Shown here piece by piece: positions 40,201-55,200 of a stretch of DNA of 64,000 nt. Origin of the DNA: Bugula neritina. Taxonomy: Eukaryota > Animalia > Bryozoa. The translations under genes were made by a program, and so were the position numbers. The stretch spans positions 13,258,642-13,322,641 of the forward strand of contig OZ037770.1 of assembly GCA_964035545.1 (NCBI GenBank), given 5' to 3'. The notes under the pieces were generated by a model. The model made no database searches and was not told where the DNA came from. It saw only the letters and a list, made by a program, of their open reading frames with translations. Numbering within the stretch: the stretch's first letter is position 1; each line of letters begins with the position of its first letter.

Positions 40201-43200
40201 GTATAGTAATAACTATTATATTAATATATAGTATAGTAATAACTATTATATTAATATATAGTATAGTAATAACTAGTATATTAATATATAGTATAGTAAT
40301 AACTGTTATATTATTATATAGTATAGTAATAACTAGTATATTATTGTATAGTATAGTAATAACTGTTATATTATTATATAGTATAGTAATAACTAGTATA
40401 TTATTGTATAGTATAGTAATAACTGTTATATTATTATATAGTATAGTAATAACTAGTATATTAATATATAGTATAGTAATAACTAGTATATTAATATATA
40501 GTATAGTAATAACTATTATATTAATATATAGTATAGTAATAACTAGTATATTAATATATAGTATAGTAATAACTATTATATTAATATATAGTATAGTAAT
40601 AACTAGTATATTATAATATAGTATAGTAATAACTGTTATATTATTATATAGTATAGTAATAACTATTAATATTAATATATAGTATAGTAATAACTAGTAT
40701 ATTATTGTATAGTATAGTAATAACTATTATATATTGTATAGTATAGTAATAACTAGTATATTAATATATAGTATAGTAATAACTAGTATATTAATATATA
40801 GTATAGTAATAACTATTATATTAATATATAGTATAGTAATAACTAGTATATTAATATATAGTATAGTAATAACTATTATATTAATATATAGTATAGTAAT
40901 AACTAGTATATTATTGTATAGTATAGTAATAACTGTTATATTATTATATAGTATAGTAATAACTAGTATATTATTGTATAGTATAGTAATAACTATTATA
41001 TTAATATATAGTATAGTAATAACTAGTATATTAATATATAGTATAGTAATAACTGTTATATTATTGTATAGTATAGTAATAACTATTATATTAATATATA
41101 GTATAGTAATAACTATTATATTAATATATAGTATAGTAATAACTATTATATTAATATATAGTATAGTAATAACTATTATATTAATATATAGTATAGTAAT
41201 AACTAGTATATTATTATATAATATAGTAATAACTATTATATTATTATATAGTATAGTAATAACTATTATATTATTATATAGTATAGTAATAACTAGTATA
41301 TTAATATATAGTATAGTAATAACTATTATATTAATATATAGTATAGTAATAACTAGTATATTAATATATAGTATAGTAATAACTATTATATTATTATATA
41401 GTATAGTAATAACTGTTATATTATTATATAGTATAGTAATAACTAGTATATTAATATATAGTATAGTAATAACTAGTATATTAATATATAGTATAGTAAT
41501 AACTGTTATATTATTATATAGTATAGTAATAACTAGTATATTATTATATAGTATAGTAATAACTATTATATTATTATATAGTATAGTAATAACTAGTATA
41601 TTATTATATAGTATAGTAATAACTAGTATATTAATATTTAGTATAGTAATAACTATTATATATTGTATAGTATAGTAATAACTATTATATTAATATATAG
41701 TATAGTAATAACTATTATATTAATATATAGTATAGTAATAACTATTATATTAATATACAATGTAGTAATAACTATTATATTAATATATAGTATAGTAATA
41801 ACTATTATATTAATATATAGTATAGTAATAACTATTATATTAATATACAATGTAGTAATAACTATTATATTAATATATAGTATAGTAATAACTAGTATAT
41901 TAATATATAGTATAGTAATAACTGTTATATTATTATATAGTATAGTAATAACTAGTATATTATTATATAGTATAGTAATAACTAGTATATTAATATTTAG
42001 TATAGTAATAACTATTATATATTGTATAGTATAGTAATAACTATTATATATTGTATAGTATAGTAATAACTATTATATATTGTATAGTATAGTAATAACT
42101 ATTATATATTGTATAGTATAGTAATAACTAGTATATTAATATATAGTATAGTAATAACTAGTATATTAATATATAGTATAGTAATAACTATTATATTAAT
42201 ATATAGTATAGTAATAACTAGTATATTAATATATAGTATAGTAATAACTATTATATTAATATATAGTATAGTAATAACTAGTATATTATAATATAGTATA
42301 GTAATAACTGTTATATTATTATATAGTATAGTAATAACTATTAATATTAATATATAGTATAGTAATAACTAGTATATTATTGTATAGTATAGTAATAACT
42401 ATTATATATTGTATAGTATAGTAATAACTAGTATATTAATATATAGTATAGTAATAACTAGTATATTAATATATAGTATAGTAATAACTATTATATTAAT
42501 ATATAGTATAGTAATAACTAGTATATTAATATATAGTATAGTAATAACTATTATATTAATATATAGTATAGTAATAACTAGTATATTATAATATAGTATA
42601 GTAATAACTGTTATATTATTATATAGTATAGTAATAACTATTAATATTAATATATAGTATAGTAATAACTAGTATATTATTGTATAGTATAGTAATAACT
42701 ATTATATATTGTATAGTATAGTAATAACTATTATATTAATATATAGTATAGTAATAACTAGTATATTAATATATAGTATAGTAATAACTAGTATATTAAT
42801 ATATAGTATAGTAATAACTAGTATATTAATATATAGTATAGTAATAACTAATATATTAATATTTAGTATAGTAATAACTATTATATATTGTATAGTATAG
42901 TAATAACTATTATATATTGTATAGTATAGTAATAACTAGTATATTAATATATAGTATAGTAATAACTGTTATATTAATATATAGTATAGTAATAACTAAT
43001 ATATTAATATTTAGTATAGTAATAACTATTATATATTGTATAGTATAGTAATAACTAGTATATTATTGTATAGTATAGTAATAACTATTATATATTGTAT
43101 AGTATAGTAATAACTAGTATATTAATATATAGTATAGTAATAACTAGTATATTAATATATAGTATAGTAATAACTAGTATATTAATATATAGTATAGTAA

Positions 43201-46200
43201 TAACTATTATATTAATATATAGTATAGTAATAACTATTATATTATTATATAGTATAGTAATAACTGTTATATTAATATATAGTATAGTAATAACTAGTAT
43301 ATTAATATATAGTATAGTAATAACTATTATATTAATATATAGTATAGTAATAACTAGTATATTAATATATAGTATAGTAATAACTATTATATTAATATAT
43401 AGTATAGTAATAACTATTATATTAATATATAGTATAGTAATAACTAGTATATTATAATATAGTATAGTAATAACTATTATATTAATATATAGTATAGTAA
43501 TAACTAGTATATTATTATATAGTATAGTAATAACTATTAATATTAATATATAGTATAGTAATAACTATTATATTATTATATAGTATAGTAATAACTATTA
43601 TATTATTATATAGTATAGTAATAACTAGTATATTAATATATAGTATAGTAATAACTATTATATTAATATATAGTATAGTAATAACTATTATATTAATATA
43701 TAGTATAGTAATAACTAGTATATTAATATATAGTATAGTAATAACTATTATATTAATATATAGTATAGTAATAACTATTATATTAATATTTAGTATAGTA
43801 ATAACTATTATATATTGTATAGTATAGTAATAACTATTATATATTGTATAGTATAGTAATAACTAGTATATTAATATATAGTATAGTAATAACTGTTATA
43901 TTAATATATAGTATAGTAATAACTAGTATATTAATATATAGTATAGTAATAACTATTATATTAATATATAGTATAGTAATAACTAGTATATTAATATATA
44001 GTATAGTAATAACTATTATATTAATATATAGTATAGTAATAACTATTATATTAATATATAGTATAGTAATAACTAGTATATTATAATATAGTATAGTAAT
44101 AACTGTTATATTATTATATAGTATAGTAATAACTAGTATATTAATATATAGTATAGTAATAACTATTATATTAATATATAGTATAGTAATAACTATTATA
44201 TTAATATATAGTATAGTAATAACTATTATATTAATATATAGTATAGTAATAACTGTTATATTATTATATAGTATAGTAATAACTAGTATATTAATATATA
44301 GTATAGTAATAACTATTATATTAATATATAGTATAGTAATAACTATTATATTAATATATAGTATAGTAATAACTAGTATATTAATATATAGTATAGTAAT
44401 AACTATTATATTAATATATAGTATAGTAATAACTAATATATTATTGTATAGTATAGTAATAACTGTTATATTATTATATAGTATAGTAATAACTAGTATA
44501 TTAATATATAGTATAGTAATAACTAGTATATTAATATATAGTATAGTAATAACTATTATATTAATATATAGTATAGTAATAACTATTATATTAATATATA
44601 GTATAGTAATAACTGTTATATTAATATATAGTATAGTAATAACTATTATATTAATATATAGTATAGTAATAACTATTATATTAATATATAGTATAGTAAT
44701 AACTAATATATTATTATATAGTATAGTAATAACTATTAATATTAATATATAGTATAGTAATAACTATTATATTAATATATAGTATAGTAATAACTATTAT
44801 ATTAATATATAGTATAGTAATAACTATTATATTATTATATAGTATAGTAATAACTATTATATTATTGTATAGTATAGTAATAACTGTTATATTAATATAT
44901 AGTATAGTAATAACTATTATATTAATATATAGTATAGTAATAACTATTATATTATTATATAGTATAGTAATAACTATTATATTAATATATAGTGTAGTAA
45001 TAACTAATATATTATTGTATAGTATAGTAATAACTATTATATTATTGTATAGTATAGTAATAACTAGTATATTATTATATAGTATAGTAATAACTATTAT
45101 ATTAATATATAGTATAGTAATAACTAGTATATTATTATATAGTATAGTAATAACTGTTATATTAATATATAGTATAGTAATAACTGTTATATTATTATAT
45201 AGTATAGTAATAACTAGTATATTATTATATAGTATAGTAATAACTATTATATTATTATATAGTATAGTAATAACTATTATATTAATATATAGTATAGTAA
45301 TAACTAGTATATTAATATATAGTATAGTAATAACTGTTATATTAATATATAGTATAGTAATAACTATTATATTAATATATAGTATAGTAATAACTGTTAT
45401 ATTATTATATAGTATAGTAATAACTAGTATATTATTATATAGTATAGTAATAACTATTATATTATTATATAGTATAGTAATAACTATTATATTAATATAT
45501 AGTATAGTAATAACTAGTATATTAATATATAGTATAGTAATAACTATTATATTATTATATAATATAGTAATAACTAGTATATTAATATATAGTATAGTAA
45601 TAACTATTATATTAATATATAGTATAGTAATAACTAGTATATTAATATATAGTATAGTAATAACTATTATATTATTATATAGTATAGTAATAACTATTAT
45701 ATTAATATATAGTATAGTAATAACTATTATATTAATATATAGTATAGTAATAACTGTTATATTAATATATAGTATAGTAATAACTAATATATTAATATAT
45801 AGTATAGTAATAACTAATATATTAATATATAGTATAGTAATAACTATTATATTAATATATAGTATAGTAATAACTATTATATTAATATATAGTATAGTAA
45901 TAACTATTATATTAATATATATAGTATAGTAATAACTAGTATATTAATATATAGTATAGTAATAACTATTATATTAATATATAGTATAGTAATAACTGTT
46001 ATATTAATATATAGTATAGTAATAACTATTATATTAATATATAGTATAGTAATAACTATTATATTAATATATAGTATAGTAATAACTGTTATATTAATAT
46101 ATAGTATAGTAATAACTAATATATTATTGTATAGTATAGTAATAACTAATATATTATTATATAGTATAGTAATAACTATTATATTAATATATAGTATAGT

Positions 46201-49200
46201 AATAACTATTATATTATTGTATAGTATAGTAATAACTATTATATTAATATATAGTATAGTAATAACTATTATATTAATATATAGTATAGTAATAACTATT
46301 ATATTAATATATAGTATAGTAATAACTGTTATATTAATATATAGTATAGTAATAACTAATATATTAATATATAGTATAGTAATAACTAATATATTAATAT
46401 ATAGTATAGTAATAACTATTATATTAATATATAGTATAGTAATAACTATTATATTAATATATAGTATAGTAATAACTATTATATTAATATATAGTATAGT
46501 AATAACTGTTATATTAATATATAGTATAGTAATAACTATTATATTAATATATAGTATAGTAATAACTATTATATTATTGTATAGTATAGTAATAACTAGT
46601 ATATTATTATATAGTATAGTAATAACTATTATATTAATATATAGTATAGTAATAACTAGTATATTAATATATAGTATAGTAATAACTGTTATATTAATAT
46701 ATAGTATAGTAATAACTGTTATATTATTATATAGTATAGTAATAACTATTATATTAATATATAGTATAGTAATAACTATTAATATTAATATATAGTATAG
46801 TAATAACTAGTATATTAATATATAGTATAGTAATAACTATTATATTAATATATAGTATAGTAATAACTAGTATATTAATATATAGTATAGTAATAACTAT
46901 TATATTAATATATAGTATAGTAATAACTGTTATATTATTATATAGTATAGTAATAACTAGTATATTAATATATAGTATAGTAATAACTAATATATTATTA
47001 TATAGTATAGTAATAACTATTATATTAATATATAGTATAGTAATAACTATTAATATTAATATATAGTATAGTAATAACTATTATATTATTATATAGTATA
47101 GTAATAACTAGTATATTATTATATAGTATAGTAATAACTATTATATTAATATATAGTATAGTAATAACTAGTATATTATTATATAGTATAGTAATAACTA
47201 TTATATTATTATATAGTATAGTAATAACTATTATATTAATATATAGTATAGTAATAACTAGTATATTAATATATAGTATAGTAATAACTAGTATATTATT
47301 ATATAGTATAGTAATAACTATTATATTAATATATAGTATAGTAATAACTATTATATTAATATATAGTATAGTAATAACTATTATATTATTGTATAGTATA
47401 GTAATAACTAGTATATTATTATATAGTATAGTAATAACTATTATATTATTATATAGTATAGTAATAACTGTTATATTATTATATAGTATAGTAATAACTA
47501 TTATATTAATATATAGTATAGTAATAACTGTTATATTATTATATAGTATAGTAATAACTATTATATTAATATATAGTATAGTAATAACTGTTATATTATT
47601 ATATAGTATAGTAATAACTAGTATATTAATATATAGTATAGTAATAACTATTATATTAATATATAGTATAGTAATAACTATTATATTATTATATAGTATA
47701 GTAATAACTGTTATATTATTATATAGTATAGTAATAACTAGTATATTATTATATAGTATAGTAATAACTATTATATTAATATATAGTATAGTAATAACTA
47801 GTATATTATTATATAGTATAGTAATAACTAGTATATTAATATATAGTATAGTAATAACTAGTATATTATTATATAGTATAGTAATAACTATTATATTATT
47901 ATATAGTATAGTAATAACTGTTATATTATTATATAGTATAGTAATAACTAGTATATTATTATATAGTATAGTAATAACTATTAATATAACCACTAATCTG
48001 ACTCTGTTTACAGACTGTACAGAGGAAGGCTGTCCTCACCACCCTTCTCTTACACACTCATCTAGAGTTCATCACGCAATGCACTCTACAGTTTGCTAAA
48101 TCCGGTGAGTTTTAGACATCAAGTACTGTTATGGTTGTTAATTTTGTACAAGACTAGACATCATTGCTAGCTGCTGGCCTGCTTGTAGAGATCAAAGAGA
48201 AGACAGCAGCAGAAGTGGGTGTAGAATTCATTGTCGACTGGATATGGGAGAGAATGCAAAACGTCGTCCATCATTTTGACAGAAGTTGTGAGTGCCAACA
48301 GTTAATCTATTTATTGGAGTTATCTCCCTTTTGCTTGTTGGCTCGTAGTGTAGAGATATGCTGTTTTAGGTTTGCCACTTTATGACTGGTCTGGGATGGA
48401 CGCAGGCACTTCTCTCAGGCAAACCATTCTGTCTTCGATAACTCAAGCTAAAAATATTAAAGCTGTTTTACAGCAAGTTCTGCTGTTGAAACGCCGTCAC
48501 CAGAGTCTGAAAGTTGGTGAGTCTTGCGTTGTATACATCCATCAATACTTTGTACATTAGTTGGCATGTCTAGCAGTCAATACTTTATTCAGTCATTGGT
48601 GCGTATTTTAATGACTCTGTTGTTTAGGCTTTCTAATTTCTAATTATTTTAAAATTAGGAAATATTGAATAAATGTCATGTAAACTGTATGTTGTACCAG
48701 ATTGTTTATTACAGGTAGTCTGTCTATATCTGAAAGAGTAGCAGTGGTGGAGACAAGGCTTCTTCACATGGGGGTTGTGTGGTGGTGTGTCAACAGGGGT
48801 CTCTTACCAGAAGTCGGAGAAAACATGAAGCAACTTTCTTCCTTCAGTTACCCCGCCTCTACTCTGAAGAGAGCGTACAACAGCCACAACTCGCAGCTCC
48901 TCATGACTACAGCTGACAGGTGCTCCTATACTGTTGCTATGGCAACACAAGCTGTTAGTGTATTATTTAATCTGGTAGTAGGTAAAGGTGCGCACCTCGT
49001 TGCTAAGCCAGCTGGGGATGTTATAGTTGTGTTTTGTTGTATTGTTTGTAACTTCCTTGCAAGGGTCAAGATACAAATATCCCATCCTATCATGCTGCAG
49101 CCAGTTGGCATCATACAACGAACATATATAAATATAATGATAATATAATTTTATTTCATATTTAGAAAACAAAATAAAGTCGTAACTTTCCTATTTACAT

Positions 49201-52200
49201 TCAACCCTTGCAGGAATTCCTTTATATTATTGGAAAGTTCAGGACTTGCTGGTTCTAATCAACTTAATAGAGTGTTTTGTATGCTGCATTTATTATTCTG
49301 GGTACTCAAAAAGTATTTTTATGTTAAAATGACACCTTTTCTCTCCCTAAAACACAAAATTTATCTTTATGATGCCCAGGACTTTGAATCAGTAAGTTCA
49401 CAATTTTGTCAGAAAGTTTCAATTGGCAAGATATGGCAGGTGCTCTTTAAAACTACATACTCTTATTCTACTACTATAATATACATCACCCTTTACTGAA
49501 CTCATGTGTTGTTTTATAGTAGGAAAATATTTGATATGTTGATAGCAGCAGCAACTCTGGCCTGATGATTGATGTGATAGCCAAGGATATGGGACAAGGA
49601 CTGTTGGATTTGTTGAAAACTGAGGGAGGCATTGGGGGCTACCCTCCACCCAATATTAAGGTACTAATTCTATCCTTTGGTTTCTATTAATTTCTCGTTA
49701 TTTCACATATAGGATACTATATATTGGCTAGTGATATAGAGTCTGTATAAGTTGACATTTGTAACAGGAGAAAGATTTCTCTCAGTGTAAATAAGAATTT
49801 ATATTTTCGTTCTCCATTGTATAGTCTTGTCAAATTAATTTAAAATAATAATTGGAGTGAAAAAGAATCTTACAGTTTAGCATTGAAAAACCAATATCTA
49901 TAGTGTTATGTTGATATGGTTGACATTGGTGGCCATGGTAAAATGTAACAATAGTGCCCATTGGCTAATTCAGATTGAATCCATTCTGTGCTTGGTGGAT
50001 TCTTGCAGGCAGTGGTGGACATATTCCTGCTGGACTCCCCTCTTCTCACCAAACTGCTGTACTTTATATACACGATGATGGACCTCATCTCTCTGGTGGA
50101 CGTCGGGCTAGAGGATTCTCTCTCCGGGCCTCTCAACTCTCTTCTCTCCAGTCTCCTACCTCAACAAGACTTCTCCAATCTCCTCTCCTTAGCCTTGGCT
50201 CTCTGGTCTATTGACCGATGTCAGTACGAGGTCTGTACTTCACGCCCCCAACTTCTCGTGTTACAGCATATGCCTTAGCAAACATCTTTTTTATTGGTTA
50301 TTTTGCAATGATATGGCATAGTAACCAATTACAAGTCATATCAGTCAGCTAGTAGTGCCAATGCTGTTATAAGTAATGCTGCTACTAATACTAATAATAA
50401 TTTAGTAACTAGTGCTAGTACCAGTATAAGAACTAGTACTAATACCAGTGTCGCTAAGTGTTGTAAGCCTGGAATGCAATGATTCTATTTATTATTTAAT
50501 GGCCAACTAATGTATGTTCACCAGGATGTCCTGGCCGCCCTGAGACACCCCAACTCCTGCCAGTATCTCACCCAGCAGTATGCCGACTGTCTGCTGAAGA
50601 GATTGCTGAGTCATAACCAGGCAAAGTCAGCTTTAGATCTGCTGTCGTTAGTTTCAATGAAGCTGCACGTTGACGAGAAGATTGTCCTCTCTATCTACCT
50701 GGCCAACGGGTGTGTTGTCCTTGACCTTTATCAGTGGGCGTGGCTGCCTTTTGTTAACTAACAGCTTAATATTTGTTTGCTGTAGTATAATAAGTTATGT
50801 ATTGCTATTTGTTGTTGCTGTAGTCTACTTATTTTTATTGTATTTACTTTTGTTGCTTTACTCACTCTTGTTACTTTACTTACTATTTTTACTATACTTA
50901 CTCTTGTTACTATACTTACTATCTTTAGTATATTTACTCTTGTTGCTGTACTTACTGTCGGTATTATAGTTGGCTTACGTTATTTCCAGAATGTTATCCT
51001 TGGCCGTTGATTGTACCAGGAACAGCACATCTGGTCTGGAATTATTCAGAAGGATCCTCTTCACCATTGGAACTGGTAAGGATTCACAACACGAGACAGC
51101 AATCTTTGTCCGCTGTCTACTATTAGACTCTGTACGCTGCTTGCTTCACAACAATTTACTGTCTGTCTTCTTAAACAACTGAATTACCATGTCTATCAGG
51201 CTGTCATATTCCATCACACTAGATTCTATGTTGTGTTACATGTCGTTACCTTGATTCTTAGTGAGGTGTACCACAGTATCGATCAGTATTCTCTCTTGGC
51301 CCTCTCTCTGTAGGCAAGGAGTTGTCCCACAGTATCGGTTAGTATTCTCTCTTGGCCCTCTCTCTGTAGGCAAGGAGTTGTCCAACCTTCTCTGTCTGCC
51401 ACTGACACGTAAAGAGATGGCCTGCGTAGAGGAGCACCTGGGAGACAAAGGGCACCTGGACAAGCTTGTCATTCACCTGCTGCAAATGGGAGACCTGCCA
51501 GAGGCTGTCAAACTCAACAGGAAGCTGAACTCTCTGCCGCTGGTAAGTGTGTCACCGTGGACAATGGACTACATCAGCAGGCTATTCAAACTGAATTCCT
51601 GGCTGTGTAATTATATGCAGGTTTTGCGAGAATGCAACTCCGTGTATATTATGAGAGACTTGTTAGTAATAGTGAGGGTAGATAACAGATGATATATACA
51701 GTCGGTTTGGTTCTGATTCACTAATGTGTATAATAATCTTACGAGCAGCTGTAGGCTAGTAGTTAGAGCACTGACTAAGTGATAGATCACGGGCTTGAAT
51801 CCCAGCAGCTCTATTGATGATGTCAAGAAGGGTCACTTCTGTGCCACATAATACAATCCTTGGGCCATCTGAAATCCTTGCTATCAGTGAGCCCATCATA
51901 ACCAATGGGTCATAATTGTTCTTATGCTACATTGTGTTATTGTGTTATGATATTATATTATGTTATGTTACTATACTGTGTTATGTTACTGTACTGTGTT
52001 ATGTTACTATACCGAGTTATGTTGCTGGGTTCTGTAATATAACACCCTGTACCTCTCCAGTGGAAAGGGGATCTAAGAAGTAAAGAAAGAGCAAAGACCA
52101 GGGACCAGTTGGTTTCATGGCAGCTCTCACTACTCCCCCCTATCCAGAGGAAACTCCTTGAGGACACCAACTACATCTACATGTCTAGACCCAAGGCTAC

Positions 52201-55200
52201 ACAGCACAAAAGTAACTATTTCTCTCTTGTCTACTCTTGTTTAGGTTTCAGTGAAAGTATAAACAACTTTGTCAAGTACACTGTATCATTTATGTCCTTG
52301 GTGTGTTGTGGTTTTGCTAACAAGTAATTTAATGTAATAATATTCTCTAAGAAACATGCCAAGTGTCAGGAATATAAACTTTTAAGTAAGTGTTGAGTGC
52401 ATGTCAAGAGTATTTGGTCTACCGTTTCAGCCTTCAGACCGGGTAAGAGTTTCTTTTTTCACACCAAAGAAGCCAAGCCTCTGGACCCGGTGGAGATAGC
52501 GCGGGTGGTGATGGATGCCAACGTCACCGACTATAAGCCGTTCATACAATGCCTGACTCCCACGCTAAAGAGGGTGAACTCTGCGGCTCAGAGCAGCGTC
52601 AGGCTCTCGTCTGTCAAGGGTAAAAAAGGGAAGTCTGTTACCGGGCTGTTTGAGTCTTCTTTTACATCCAGGTATTCCTGTTGTTCTTCATTTGTGGTAT
52701 ATTATGTTTTCATATTAGCAGATGATGTTAGTATGCTGTGTGCCAACAGTCATAGGAATATTTATATGCTTGCGGGAATGACTAACCCTCCCCCGCTCCC
52801 TTTGAAAATGTTTGTCTGTGTTACAGATCTCCTACTAAACGTTCCCTCCCTCACATGGAAGAAGAACCTATAAACAAGTCAGCTAAGAGTACTGGAAATC
52901 TGTAAGTCAAGTTGTACTTAACTAGACTCCGATAGACTTGACAGTACTTAACTAGACTCTGGTAGACTTGATAGTACTTAACTAGACTCTGGTAGACTTG
53001 ACAGTACTTTATTGTACTTTTACTATGCATTACTATAATATACTTTACACTTGATTTTATTTCAATATGCTTGACTATATTTCACTAGACGTTGTCAAAT
53101 TTTACCATACTGTATTTTACTGTGTTTTATTATATTTTCCTATACTCGACCAACTATTTACTTATGTTATTGAGCAAAAGTTAGCTTAAAATGGCTTTAA
53201 TAACATTGAGGCTTTTTGGCAGAATAAATTAAAGTAATTTTGGTGTGTATCTTGTGTATATTCAATGGTTTTCTAAAGTTTCTTTTGTTTTCACAGTTAT
53301 TTTTCCGCTCTTGTGGTCAATAATTTACTTGTGTTTTGTGTCAGCGCTCTGAAGTCGCTGTTGAACACTCCGTTAGTAAACAGGAAGGCTGCCAAGACCC
53401 CCTCAGCAGTGTCTATACCTTCTGTGGTGACGACTCCGCACTCTATACTCAAGATGAAACCACAAACTAGAACCTCGCCCAATGCTCTAAATAGTCCCAC
53501 TTTTCTACCTTCAACTGGTAGGATTACTCTCTTTCCTTCACTCCTTTACGTACTCCACTCTCACTTACTTATCATCTTTTTTGGAATAGAGTTTTATTTA
53601 ATATATAAACTGATATTTTGTTGGTTTGTGAGTATGCATTCACCCTATGTTGAAGTTGCTTACAGCATATCTTTGATGTTTTTCACTGCTGTATTGTTCA
53701 CTCTGGGTGTTTCTTTTAGTAATTTTCATCTAATAATTGGAAGGATGTAATTATTGTATATAATATTTACCAAGTGAAAGTGTGACCTAGTTATATCACA
53801 AGCTATAAAGTGAGTGACCAAGTTATTGTACTCCTAGATAACCTGCGAGAGGCTGGCAAACAGTCATTGAGCAGAGTGAAGTTTGATGTGGAAGTCGGCG
53901 TAAACGACTCCATAGTATCTGAAATGTCTCCCAAGGCTATCAGCTTCAACGATGAGCCAGACGACCCATCATCTGCCAGGTATACCTGCTAGGTCAGGTG
54001 TTCAGTTGTTGTAGTTGCTGTTCTGTTGTAATCAATAGAATTAAATCTCCTGTGATATCTCTTCGTGCATTTAAACCAACATGAAGTCGTGGACGTTGAT
54101 TATCACTAGATAAGGTCAGCTCAGCACTCGGCAGCCTCGGTGGATAGAATTTCTGCTTTTGTGACTTTTGTCAGTTGATTCATTGGTTCAATTTATCATT
54201 TAGCTTGCTGCATTACAATACATACTGATTTTATAATAACTTTAAAATAAAGAATTAATCATTCAGCCATGCAGAAGCATTTCTGGTAAGATATGACCTG
54301 CTATTTCATCGTATATTCTACAGCGTAACTTGTGAATCACCGTTGGCTAAGAGGATGTTGGACACGAGTGACGATGAGGTACAGTTTAGTTTCTCCCCAC
54401 CACTTCTTCCTGTGGCTACAGCCGGCCGTACTTTAGCGTTTGACCAATCAGGTGAGAGCATTCGCCGAATTGTGGTATTTGACCAATCAGGTTAGCCGTT
54501 AGAGTATTCGCAGACTTGTGGCGTTTCTTAGTAGTTGAATTTCTGTTGACCTTTTAAACTTCCAACTTCTGCACTGTTTTGTAAACAAACTACTGTGTCT
54601 GTTGTAGTCTCATTGGATGATTCCGCTGCCGCTTCCAACCAATCGTTTGTGTCTGCTGACAATGAGTTGTCTCCCATGCCGGGAATTACTTCCACGTCAC
54701 CACCAGCTGGTCTCCGTGAGGAGAGAATGGTGAGTTGAGCTACATTTAGTACTTGGCGTACTGCGTTTCAGTGTTACACAGCTGGTTATGATTGTGTGTA
54801 CCCTGTACTATTGTAGAAGTCTATGGAAACCTCTGAAGTATTCCAGAAGTTTCCGCCAAGACAAACCAGAAGTGTAACCATGGAGACAGCTAAACAAGCA
54901 CAGTCTCAGAATGATTCCCCGCTTTCTACTGCGACGTTTCTGACTGAAGTGGATTCTAATTCAGCATCAGAGCCAACTACCAGTAAGGACACCGGCACCC
55001 CACCCGCCAGTAAAGCACCGAGCTTGTACCGCAAGTCTTTGGCTATGGAGATGACGATGCAGCAGCCGGCTGTGTCTTACTCAACTGAACAGGAAGCAGC
55101 TGACAAAACTCGGGTTATGAACTTCACCGTTGTGAAGGCACGCAAGACGACCAGCGAGAAGCTGTCCTCTCTAGACTCAACATTTACTCTGTCGGAGCCT

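Noticed and set aside
34716-47987. CRISPR-like array of 30-bp repeats
   Set aside because: Units are contiguous with no unique spacers, there are no cas genes, and the context is a eukaryotic intron.
34928-48099. Many long hydrophobic ORFs (YSIVITIILI and YINIIVITIL repeats) on both strands
   Set aside because: They follow from a stop-free frame in a 30-bp unit. They break at single-base indels and lie inside an intron whose flanking exons join in phase.
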